From Oikopleura dioica (lineage: Eukaryota > Animalia > Chordata), in assembly GCA_907165135.1 (NCBI GenBank), contig OU015568.1, forward strand, positions 496,001-560,000: a DNA stretch of 64,000 bases, written 5' to 3'. Shown here piece after piece: positions 38,080 to 49,089 of the stretch (position 1 is its first letter; each line of letters starts with the position of its first letter). A model generated the notes under the pieces. It saw nothing but the letters and a program-made list of their open reading frames with translations. It was not told the origin of the DNA and ran no database searches. The position numbers were made by a program, and so were the translations under genes.

Positions 38080-38917
38080 TGTATTCGAAAAAGTAGATAT
38101 TTAGACACAGGCGACCAAGACTCGTAGAAAATTGTCCTAAAGATACGATAAGATAAAATCATTGGAACTACCAAGATCCATTGCCACCCATCTTCATAAA
38201 CTTCTAGACAAGACAGTCCCAACTTCTGCTACAAACATGATTGATAGCATATGCTTGTCTTAAGTTCGGATGTCATCACCTTTGCAGCAATTATTGATCG
38301 TATAAAGTCCTAGAAAAGGAAAGAACGTATCCGATTGACTCGGTGCAAACGCATTCGGCTCGGTAGCATAGCTCGCACATAGCTAGTCCCATTGTCCTTC
38401 GCCAGATTCTGAGGATCAGTAAATAAGATGAGAAAAATAATACCTTGCATTCCATAGCAGTAGAAATAAGCGTAAAATCCGATCGGGCTTATTTCCAGGA
38501 CATGCGCCGAATTATCAATGACAAGCTTTCGATTGGTCATGCAGTTGGCGTTCCTGAATAGAATTTTTAGTGAGAAAGCAGACCCGACCCAAATTCACAA
38601 ACAAAATAGAGCCGAATCGTCGCCTACGACTCCATGTCGGCCAAAGTTGCCGAGAATATTTTAGCAATAAACTTAAGTAGCAATCCAAAATACTAACTTA
38701 AAAACTCAATAATAGCAAAAACGGACTCAATGGAGGCATCAAAAGATATGTCCGTACCCTCGGTTGTCTCCGATCGTGTATCAGGGTTGTGGTTGAACGC
38801 CCTCATCATCGTCCGAAAGAGCACGAGCAATGCAAGAATCGAACTCACGCCGACCAGAAACGCCCTATCAAGAGGCACACCACTAAGCCAACCGGACACG
38901 AAGGAGCTAAAAAACAA
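38080..38917 (-). CDS. Hypothetical multi-exon membrane-anchored protein
   Basis: AFLVGVSSILALLVLF hydrophobic stretch followed by short exons separated by GT-AG introns. Confidence 0.35.
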
Positions 38918-40599
38918 AAACGAAGTAACGTAGCAAGGAAAACTACCAACGCAGTGGAGGCGCGTGTAGGCGGCTAGATAACCCAGCTCGGAAAATCAAA
39001 TGGGACCAGAAAATTATTGAGAGGAGTTAATCGCCTATTCTGCCAAATAAGCGAGTTAATAATAAACAATAAATATCTTCTGCCAAAGATATAATATTGT
39101 ACACCAAAGAAAACCCTCCCAATAATTTTCGAGTCACCCATAATGTCGAAAATAGATTATGCAAAATTTAAGAAATAAAAGAAAAAAAAATTGTGAAAAC
39201 GCTAAGAGGAAGAAATGAAAATACCCCCATCCCACCCCCTACCCGGAACTAAAACATGGGTACAAAAAATATCGAGAAAAAATGCGAAAATTTGGCGAAA
39301 AAATTATAGAAGGGCGCGCTCCGCGCGCAATATAGAGAATAACAGAAGAAATAGTGGTAGGGTAAAGTAGTAGAAAGTATAGTTAGTAAGAATAGTAAAA
39401 ATAGTAATTTATTTTAGGTATATAAAATTATTTTTTTGCGAGTTTTAAATTTGCGAGTTTTTCGCAAAATGACCCCTTTTTTAAAAAAAAAATTTCGCAA
39501 AAATAAAATTTCGCATTCTAACTTTTTATTATTTTAAAAATTTGTTAAATCTGAGATTTATTAAAAAACAATTTTCTCACAAAAAAAATTTCGCAAAATG
39601 TTTTTTTGGCAAATCAAAAATGGTCTCAAAATGTGGTGTTTTTTAAAATTTCCATTTTTCGAAAGAAAAAGCTGACTGGGGTCCTTAAAGCCGAAAATCG
39701 GTTTTGCAACTTCCGAATCGAAAATTTATCTCTACAATCAGTTTTTGAATTCTTGCAACTTATATTTCAGACCCTGACTGAGGTTTGCTACACAAGTTGT
39801 CGATTCCAGTCTTGAACATCTTTCTTAAAGCCATCATTGTTTGATTGCTTGTCTGTCCATGTTAGATTTGCTAAGCGATTCGAGCTTTTTTATATTTATC
39901 GCATATCTACTCGTCCAAATTTTTTCTCGAAATTTCAGCTGCAGCAAACTCCGAAGAGAGGGATTATCATTCGAGCCTGTGACTCGAGCTATCCAATATC
40001 TCTTGAATCTGGGCTAGTGGTTAGGGTTAGGGACGTGGAACTTAAGGGGGGTGGGGGTCCAGGGGGAGAGGCCTTAGGTTGGGGGCGTAGCCACCTGGGT
40101 AAGGTTAAGGGTTAGGGGCAGCTCGAATGATAACCGGTGTTTCCTTACACCGACCATATCCTTACACCGACCGAATCCTTACACCGACCAAATACTAACA
40201 CCGACCATTTTCAGAATTTGGTTGGTGTAAGGAATTGGTCGGTATAAGAGTTTGGTCGGTGTAAGGAAATTTGCAACGAAATATTTTCTAAGACATAAAA
40301 TGAGACAGTGGTCACAAAAAACTTTTAAGTTGACCCCCCACTGAGCGAAAAATTTCGGAAAATTTTTTACAGTATTTGGAAGGCTTTATTTTCGATTTTT
40401 ACTTTATGATTGAATGGTTGAGGAAAGGGTGAAAATTTTTTTAATATTTTATTATTTTTTCTACAGGAACCTTCTTAATTTTTATATTTTGTAAATTTTG
40501 TAAAAGAAATTTTATGTAGTATATAAATAGTTTTGTAAAATGCGGTAGCGGCAAGGCAAATGCGAATGTACAGTAGTTTTTTACGGGCTTTTTTCCAAT

Positions 40600-41509
40600 T
40601 TGGAGATCAATCCAGGTGCACCAACTGCGATCGAACGATTGAATATGCGAGAACTTTTTCGCCAGGAGCTATCTTCGCCGTTGCGGTTTTTAATAATTAA
40701 CTGCCCTTGTGCAAAAATGTACGATTTATGTGCTTCAAAACATAAAATAGTAGAATTTTTGCACTTGGATGGTCGTGAGAAACATCTGGGCTATTTTGTT
40801 GAGAAGGTCGAAGTTTGGCAAGCTCTCAACCTAGAATATTTTTCTTCTGATAATTCAGTCGATAATCGAAATCTTGCAAGAGCCATCCATGAAGACAACC
40901 ATTTGTTTTTGTTGAGCGGAATCAATGCCTATCTTTAATTAATTTGGACGGGAGCCGGCAACAAAAGGGCGAACCACCGTCGGAGCAAAATTTTGCGAAG
41001 AACACTTGCTCCTTGGACTAACAAATGTGAGAAGAGTATCATTTCGATCATTTGTCGACAAAGATCATTGATAACGGCTTGCTCCAAAATCGTTCAATCC
41101 AGCGTCTTCCACGAACAAACCCTGGTGCTTTCAGAAATGATCTCACCAATTATTTGAGGGCAATTTCTGAACTTTACGATCAAAAACCCCACCGATCACA
41201 TGAAGTTGAGAGTTTGATCGGCGCGGACCATCAAGTCCACTATCTCCGAAATTACGAGGAAGGTAATTTAGGATCCATTTATGTTAGCAATAAAATGATG
41301 TAGAGTATAAGACAAGTGAAAGCGGATCTAGCGCAGATGATGATGTTGGCGTAGATGGTGAAGATAGCGCTGCTGATGAAAGTGACGGAAGTTGTAACAA
41401 CAATAATGTCGAGGGAAGTGGCGCTGGCGATTACGTTGCCCGCGACGACGAAAATGCAGATGATGCTTCTGAAATGCCTGTACTCGATGCTCTACCAGAA
41501 TTTCAATAA
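40600..41509 (+). pseudogene. Broken ORF(s) of unknown family inside the long-TIR element
   Basis: ORFs 40600-40938 and 41052-41303 plus an acidic tail to about 41509, with stops and frameshifts; no catalytic motif recognised with confidence. Confidence 0.3.
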
Positions 41510-42731
41510 ATAAGCGAGCGGAAGCTTTTTCGTACTATATATATTACATTTGTTGTTTTCGTCTTCGACCGTCGTTATAGTATTTAAAAGAACGGCCACG
41601 ACCACGTGATTGCATTTCAATATTTTCTGAATAATTATCTTTTTTTCTTCTTTTTATCTTCGTATAGAATTTTGCCACCAATTAAAATCCACAATAGAAA
41701 ATAACCAGGCTCGAAAGAGTCCAGAATATTGCAGAATGCCATGGGTCCATAAATGCCATGGCGATGGTGAGATGATTCTTTTGACGGAACAAAACCACAG
41801 CGCTTCGGCGTGAACATTGGTAAACCATATTCGGAAGTTTCTCATCGTTCGCTCGTGCCGATGTCTCTCTTATTAGGCTGATTAATTGGGGAATTGAAAG
41901 TCGTTGGGCATCAAATTCTCCAAGTTTTGAAAGTTCATTCTGGATTGCAATTTCATCATTCTCGTTGAGTTCTTGGATAAACATAGTTTCAAATAAGTGT
42001 GCTTCATATAATAATTGTATCGATTAGAGATAAGTCAACTATTAACTTATTATATGGAATATTTATGACCTATGATTACACACTAAGTTCTTGGACGAGT
42101 CCTGTACTCTAATGAAAGAGCCTGAGGTCCCATATTATCTGAAATCGACCGAAACTTTCAGTTTTGTTCAGCGGAGCTAACAATCAATTATGGTCATTTC
42201 TCTAGCCAAAAATACTCTTCTTTGATTTCAATCAAAATTCAGTTTTCTGAGTTTTTACAAAAAACCTTGTATTTAAAAGGCTAGTCAAATCAAACATTTT
42301 AGAACTTATTCTTTTTTTTTTGAAAGAAGGGAAACAAAATAACATAAATTATGCAAGGTACTCGATCAATGTGTCTGCTGGAGCTTGATATGCATCAGAG
42401 GCACTTGAGGTTTGAGACGTGTGTTAGGGTCAGCTGTGCCAAACAGCTTGCCACCACATAAAACGAACAAATTCTTCTTCAAAAATGCCAAGAATGAGTT
42501 TTCTTCGACTCAAGCGCTAAGAAAAAGAAGCACTCGATTTTCGACCGAGATTTTTTCGATTTTGCGAACGCCGTTCGCAAAATAGCCTTTGCGATCGAGA
42601 CCGCCCGCCACCCGATTTGCCTTCAATAAATTACTCCAACTTTTCATCATCAAAAGAAAAAAATAATTTCTGAAATTTTTCGCTCAGTGGGGGGTCGACT
42701 AAAAAATTCTTAGGACCAATCTCTCATTTAA

Positions 42732-45132
42732 CCCGTTAACTAGGCACTCAGCATTATGCGTTAACGGCCGCGAGGCCGTGAGAAGGCCTCGCACGTATTG
42801 GCGTTTTATGAGAAATAGGGTTGAGGAAAATTATTTCTAAGAAGACAGAATGATTCACAAGCGTCTGTTCCTTCTTCTAGATGTTGTTTTTGTGTTTTTC
42901 TGATTCAATTAGTGGGTGAAAAGGGAAAACTGGGGCTGAATGATTGGATCTTTGGGACCGAAAGTATTAAATAAATATTCTTCTGAAAAATCAATATATT
43001 TTTGATTATTATTAAATGAAAAATGAATGAAAACGTCGATCTTGAGAGCTCAGACGAAGAAAGTGAAGAAGAGGACGAACTGTCTGAAACAGAATTCATC
43101 AGCGAAGATCAATTTGTTCAAGTTCAAAACAGAATCCAGGCACAAAGACAAGGACCACCATCTTATGCTCGATATCCAGGCCTGATTTTCACAGAGCTTT
43201 TCGAATCTTCCGAATGTCAAGTTTTTAAAACTACATATTTTTATCGACCAAAACAAATTCCACGCCAAAATTTCGAGGATTATTATCGACTTTTTGTCAA
43301 TGTTATTGGCAATGAAATTTTAACAGATATACTAACTGCTACTAATCATAAGCTCTCTGTTCGATTTCCGCGAGAGTCACCATTTACTGATTCTGAGTTG
43401 AGAATTGCATTAGGATTATTATTTTACGCTAGTGTAAAGCGCGGCCGTAATGATACTTTTGAGCATCTTCTCAGTGACCTACAAAAATCAAATTTTCTTT
43501 AAGACTACAATACTCTTTCGATAAGACGATTTGAGTTTTTTCGAAAAGTACTGGACATCGGAGAAGATAATTTTGTTGATGTTGGGGAACAATCAAGGCA
43601 TATTGATACACGGACTAAGGTTTGGCCGATGTATGAAAAATTGAACAGTATTTTTTTGAAATATTGTGATTTGAATTATATGCGTGGTTTATGCATTGAT
43701 GAGTCTATTCGTTAAAGTTACGGCTGTTCTGATCCTACCAAGCGTTACAATCCCTCTAAACCTCACCGTTATGGTCAGCAAAATCAAGTTCTTTGTGGGC
43801 CAAATAATATGATTCTAAGCTGTATTCCTGATCTTGACAGCAAGTTCAAACTTTATGAGACAAATGGTGAATTGACAATGAAGCTTGTACCAAAGAATCT
43901 TCATGGCAAAGGTTTACCAATTTGTTTTGATCGCGGATACTGTTCAAGAGAAGTAGTAGAATTCCTCCTAGATATGAAATTCGAATTTGTCGGTACTTGC
44001 CGACTCGATGCATGTCTATCGTTGTCAGTTAGCTATCGGCTGTTTGGATGTCATTGCTTTTTTTGAACGCGTGAACAAGCCACCAACAGTCTTCTTGACA
44101 AATTGTTAAGACCATTTGTCATCATATTCTGAAACTCCTCATTGCTCTCAGATTCTTCCCGGCAAAACCAAACCATCCGTTGCATTGATGTACAATGACA
44201 AAATGTGCTCTGTTGATACTGCTGATTTCCAGTTGAATCAGTGGACTATCAGTTACAAGTCAAAAAATGTCAAAAAATCTTGGACTCATTTCGCTAAACG
44301 CGCACTTACTAACATGATAGATATACTTGTTTATAATCTTTATCTTATCACTGAAAATACTCTCTATCCAGATGGTGATGTAACATCACTGATGTTCCAA
44401 ACTTGTTCCGTCGTACATTTCAAAAAAACTGTTCTTTCTGCTCTTTCTCTTCCACAACCGCTTCGAGATATTCAAAATATTATCGAAAATAATGCTCAAC
44501 CTGGTCCTTCTTCTCCCTCTGTTCTGATTTCAAAGACTCATGAGAAAAAAAAGAAGTGTCGTTTCTGTCCAAAATTGAAACTTGGAGGAAAAAGATCCAT
44601 TTACACTTGTGCAAAATGCTCGAAAACTATCTGTCATGAGCACAGAACTACGTACATGACATCCTATTTCTGTCCAACACACTCTCAGTGATCGGCTGTT
44701 CGAAATAACGCTACTGTAACCCACACTCTTACCCGTCATCGTGTCTTTTGTGAATCTATTATATTTTTTATTATCGAAAATTATTGAAAAGAACTCGTTA
44801 CTGAAAATTTACTGGAAAAATTTTTCTTTTTTTCTGCTCAAAACCATTGAAAACGAATAAAAAATAAAATTGAAAATTGTTTTTGGTTATTTGATGCAAG
44901 AATCAGCTCGCAGGAAAGAGGATTTAATGAAAATGACGTAACTTTGAACTTTTCTTTTGTTATCTTGAAGACAAATATCTTATCATAACTTCTCGAAAAT
45001 AGTATAAGGAGAAAGGAAATTGTTTAAAGTTTCTAGAAATATAAAAATTTTCAAGTACTGAAAGAATTTTCTCTATTTTATCGCGCTCCAAAGGCGAAAA
45101 GGCCGTGAGACGGCCTCGCGCCTGTTAACGGG
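42732..45132 (+). mobile_element. piggyBac transposon (2401 bp)
   Basis: TTAA TSDs at 42728-31 and 45133-36. TIR CCCGTTAAC(T)AGGC. Subterminal GGCCGTGAGA.GGCCTCGC repeats. Confidence 0.95.
43023..44691 (+). pseudogene. Inactivated piggyBac transposase
   Basis: Acidic N-terminus; CIDES, DRGY and YN..MCSVDTAD catalytic motifs; C-terminal Cys-rich domain CRFC...CAKC..IC.EH...C. In-frame TAA at 43500, about 43712 and about 44107, plus a frameshift near 44.0 kb. Confidence 0.9.
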
Positions 45133-45389
45133 TTAATGTCTTAAAAGATGTAACGTTGCAAATTTCTTTACACCGACCAAATCCTTATACCAATCAGTTC
45201 CTTACACCAACCAAATTCTAAAAATGGTCGGTGTAAGAATTTGGTCGGTGTGAGGATTTGGTCGGTGTAAGGATATGCTCGGTGTAAGGAAAAACCTGAT
45301 AACCCCCTACTACCGCAAAAATGTATACGATAAAATGCCTTGAAGAGTACCAATTAAATTCTTCATCCCTCATGATTCCTAAAATGATT

Positions 45390-46230
45390 TTATAAAATCA
45401 GATCATTCTGCCGTGGTATTCGCGCCTTACCAGAATAAAATCGATAAGAAGTATTGTTTCGAAAGAAGATTTGAAGATCAGCAAAGACATCATAAATTGC
45501 GTTAATTTCGCTGAAATCCAATGGATCAGCCAATGTTTGATTATTCTGAATTCGTTTTGTTTCAACTAACAACTTTTCTTCCTACTTGGGAACAATAAAA
45601 TTTCGCTTCCTCAAAACTCAAATCAGGCAGTTTAAAGTTTCCTCTTCTGAGCAAATACATTCCAATTGTTCTATACTTTGTCTTTATGCGGCTGACGAAT
45701 TTTGACTGATATTCCAGATCAGTCTTACGTAGAGCTCCGCAACCTGTGTCCAAAACCTGAGTAAGAGCCTGAAATTTCATCGAAGCTTTTTCATGCCCTG
45801 AATCAGGTTTACGACGCAGGTTGTCGAGCCCATGTGTAAGGAGTTGTCGAAAAATAGACATACTCAACATCTCCAATTTGCGCTAATGAAAAATTCGAAA
45901 AAAGAAAAACGAATATAAGCATTCAACAAACTATTTGATCAGAATTTTAGCCTCAAAGCTTCCTCGCTGCTACTCTTTTCCTGGTTCTTTTTATGCTTGC
46001 TGCTCTCGAACATGTGTTGGACTCAAGATAAGTCGACTCAAAATTTAACAAGGTTTATTGTTTACACATGAATGTAAAGTTAAACTGATTGAGAATCTCT
46101 TCATTTTTCTTTACTTTTTTGCGTCTCCAGCATCGGCTTTTTCGGCGTCAATATCGGCCTGAGTCGGAAGATTGTTCTTAACCTTGGTTTCGACGGGATT
46201 AAGCTGGGTTCCCTGGCTGATTTCGTTTCC
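45390..46230 (-). CDS. Hypothetical multi-exon host gene (5' exon possibly near 47.2 kb)
   Basis: Open frames 45562-45876 and 45390-45572 and upstream charged exons with short introns. Confidence 0.4.
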
Positions 46231-46396
46231 CAAGTTTGGATCCTAAAAGAAAGGGTTTTTTGGCAAAAAAAATCAATTTTAAACCATCTTTTTGTGTCTC
46301 TCTTTTTTGGCGAAGAAATAAGCGCAGTATCTTGCTCTGGAGTCTCGTTTTTGAATGCTCAATGATTCATAAGAACGGAAGTGGATTTGAATTTTT

Positions 46397-46750
46397 GGGA
46401 GACCCTCGACTCGCCGGGATTTTCGCCTGACCCTCGACTCGCCGGGAAAAAGTATGCAGACAGAATCCCGGCGAGTCGAGGGTCACAAACCCTAACCCTA
46501 TCCCTAATCGCTAAGCACAATTCCTCAACACTTACCCTAAACCCTAACCATTAACCCAAACTATAACCCCTACTCAACCTTTTCTTGGGGAAATATTTGA
46601 TAAGGAATGATTTAAAATATAAAATATTTCAGCGTTAAAAATGGGTATAATTGGTGATTCTAGCAATCTCTAGAACACCCTCGACTCGCCGGGAAAAAAT
46701 ATGCAAAGTCCCGGCGAGTCGAGGAAATCCCGGCGAGTCGAGGGTTCCCG
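46397..46750. mobile_element. 354-bp MITE with 8-bp TSD and CCCTAA-like interior
   Basis: Repeated ACCCTCGACTCGCCGGGA and its inverse at both ends. TSD GAATTTTT at 46389-96 and 46751-58. AACCCTAACCCT inside. Confidence 0.85.
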
Positions 46751-47231
46751 GAATTTTTAACTAAGTAACCACTTTTTTATTCACTAAATAAGCAGAACTG
46801 CCAACAAGGGGCTTCTTGAACGGCTCATATTTTCAAATAATTACGCTTACTCCCTTGATGGAATTTCGTGTCTAGTAGACAAGCTCTTAGAGCGGTTGAA
46901 TGAGCGAAACGGTCATGCTAGCTGAGCATAACTATATCATTGTATTGAAATGTAAAGAATCACAAGAAAAAACTGTTATGCTGGGTTCCGGTCATTTCAT
47001 GACAAAAGCGTCTTTTTGAGGACTTGATATATATCTCTCTTAAAATCAGAGAGATTTGATGATGATCGAGGATCGGTCGACTTTGAGCAAGGCTTTTTAC
47101 CTGTCCGTTCTTTCAGGAAGAGAGGCGGTTTGGGCGACAATAGGAAATGGGAGCAAGCTAAAAATCGGGCCATGTTATACGAGGCCCCGACCGGAAAAAA
47201 TTCTCGGACTTTCATCCCTTGCTAACCCACT

Positions 47232-49001
47232 ATGAGGCACAAATGGCATTCCTTGGCTAACAAACCTCGGTTTTACGGAGTCAAAGGCAGCTTCGTTCAC
47301 CTTCGTTTCCGGCTTCAGCGCGATTCTCCTCGTTGGAATCATATATTGATCCATTTACTTACATAACTCTATCTAGGTCATCCTGGTTTCGTATTTTTCC
47401 GATCGATGCCAACTGTCTGTTGGAAGACGAAGACCGTTTATCGTTGGTTATGGAGCTGTGATGGTGCTGGTTTGGCTTGGGGTCTTTTTGGTTTATTTTG
47501 AGAAGATTGCAGGGTATGCTGGGATCGTTCTTTATGCAGCGTGCTTCATATCTGATGCGCTGATGATTTCGCTGGAAACGCCGCTTTCATCAAGAGCAAT
47601 TGACGTTTTTAACGAAAAAGAAAAGACTCAAATTTTCACGCTTTCTTCATCATTTGGCGGCCTCGGATCTTTACTCGGCAATATGATAACCTTTTTGTAT
47701 GGAAAAATTGCGATGGTCATCTTTCTTGGAGTCTTTCCGATTTTGACTGTTGTGAATTGTCTATCAGTCCCGGAAAAGAACCCGAAAGAGCTGGACGATG
47801 ATTTGTCGGAAATTTCTTTTGCAAAAACTGTTCGGAATTATCTGATGCCTCCGAGAAAGATCGCCAAGACTGTCGGAATAGCTGCAATTTTCTGGGTAGT
47901 CTGCCCAGGATATTGGTTTTATGGGACTACACTGTATGCTCAAGACTAGGGTGGGCAAAACCCTTAAAGTCGTTTTACATTTTTTTGGAGAGGGGGTCCT
48001 TTCAGCCAATAAGACACCATAATTTTATTCTTGAGCCAATCACAAGCAAGCAAAACCTCGAGGGCCCCCGCAACCCTAGCTTTTGCCCACCCTAGTGTCA
48101 AGTCATGCTCAACAAAATGAACCTGACCATCGAAGAAAACCCAGAAATCTACACTGAAAACGTGAATTTTGGCGCCATGATCATGACGCTTCTCCCTTTA
48201 TCCGCAATCCTCTCTGGAATCATTTTCAATTTCATGAAAATTTTTGACAAATTCGAGCGAAAAACGATCCTGCTCGCAATTTATGCGCTCTTCGGAATTT
48301 CTTCTGGAGTTTTTTTCTTTGTTAGGACGACTTTTGTTTTTGGCTTCATTTGCATTTGTTTGGGCATCGTGGTTTTCTATATTTATACTGTTTCGTTTAT
48401 GATGGTAAGAATGTTCCTGAAGGTTTATTTTGACGCTGTTTAGGTGGATGACTTCAGAAAAGAGCGGAATTATCCGGCTGATAGAGGACTTACTCAAGAG
48501 TTGTTTTCAAAGTAACCAATATTATGAGCTTTCATATGAGCTTATATAAAGCTTACATAAAATAGCAATAATTGACGACTTTTATATAGGTATAAATAAG
48601 TTTTTGATCTTTTAAAGAACAAAATTCTTCACGCATAACTTTGAAATATCATAAATTATCTTCGAGATTATATAAAACAATAAAAAGACATTTGCATGAT
48701 CACAATTGGAAGCGCAACTGGGCAATTATCTACGAGCTTCATGTTTGTTGGTCTTTTCAAGTTCTTTTCTATCCCAGATGTTATTCCCGTCTTTTCTTTT
48801 TGTAAGCATGTCAAAAAAGATTGTTCAACAAGAATTAAGTTTGGAGCATCGTTGGATTCTTGTGGGTCAATTTCGTCGTGGAATTTCCTGACAAAAGTGC
48901 AGAAGAAAAGGATCACGATTACGAGGAGAAAGAAGCTATCGATCTATAAAATTCAAGGCATCGAGAATTTTTCACTATGTGCTAGACTGATTAATAAATG
49001 A
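47232..49001 (+). CDS. SLC45-like (sucrose/H+ symporter family) MFS transporter; 5' end unclear
   Basis: SDRC..VGRRRPFIV signature, multiple TM helices, YTENVNFG motif, final TMs in 48.7-48.9 kb. A MITE lies inside the coding region. Confidence 0.75.
47947..48094. mobile_element. 148-bp MITE (TAGGGTGGGCAAAA TIR) inside the SLC45-like coding sequence
   Basis: TAGGGTGGGCAAAA ... TTTTGCCCACCCTA. Only a degenerate TSD (CTCAAGAC / GTCAAGTC, offset). Confidence 0.75.
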
Positions 49002-49089
49002 ATTCGAAAATCGCTGATTGAATCACTAATTATGAAGATGTTTATTTCAATAGCAGAAGGAGGTTGATATATGATACGTTACGTACATT

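Larger units (their letters stand above)
400..39400. mobile_element. Putative giant MULE-associated element carrying replication genes (boundaries approximate; may extend left of the window)
   Basis: Dense block of co-oriented genes (primase subunits, PCNA paralogues, RINGs, UEV, chromodomain) contiguous with a Mutator transposase. Strong strand skew inverts at about 16-18 kb and fades after about 39.4 kb. No TIR or TSD identified. Confidence 0.55.
40136..45296. mobile_element. Non-autonomous DNA transposon with about 240-bp TIRs and 8-bp TSD
   Basis: GGTGTTTCCTTACACCGA ... TCGGTGTAAGGAAAAACC. TSD TGATAACC at 40128-40135 and 45297-45304. Subterminal TTACACCGACC repeats. The right TIR continues across the piggyBac to about 42660. 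Confidence 0.9.
39960..45307. mobile_element. Old small MITE (about 180 bp net) with TTAGGG-like interior, split by a later insertion
   Basis: Left GGGATTATCATTCGAGC (about 39960) is the inverse of the reconstructed right end GCTCGAA[TGATAACC]CCC. Interior GGTTAGGGTTAGGG. No clear TSD. Confidence 0.6.

Noticed and set aside
39314-39328. Helitron 3' terminus (GC hairpin)
   Set aside because: No CTRR end at the expected distance and no Rep-helicase recognised; kept only as a motif observation.
400-39400. Family B DNA polymerase, SF1/SF3 helicase, packaging ATPase or major capsid gene
   Set aside because: No Walker A, YGDTDS or capsid motifs recognised; intron fragmentation could hide them, so absence is provisional.
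40136-40270. CRISPR-like repeats TTACACCGACC
   Set aside because: They are subterminal TIR repeats mirrored at 45165-45296.
48668-48916. Minus-strand ORF as a second BRICHOS cysteine exon of the mucin gene
   Set aside because: The plus strand here better explains the last TM helices of the SLC45-like gene, and the mucin gene ends near 49.1 kb.
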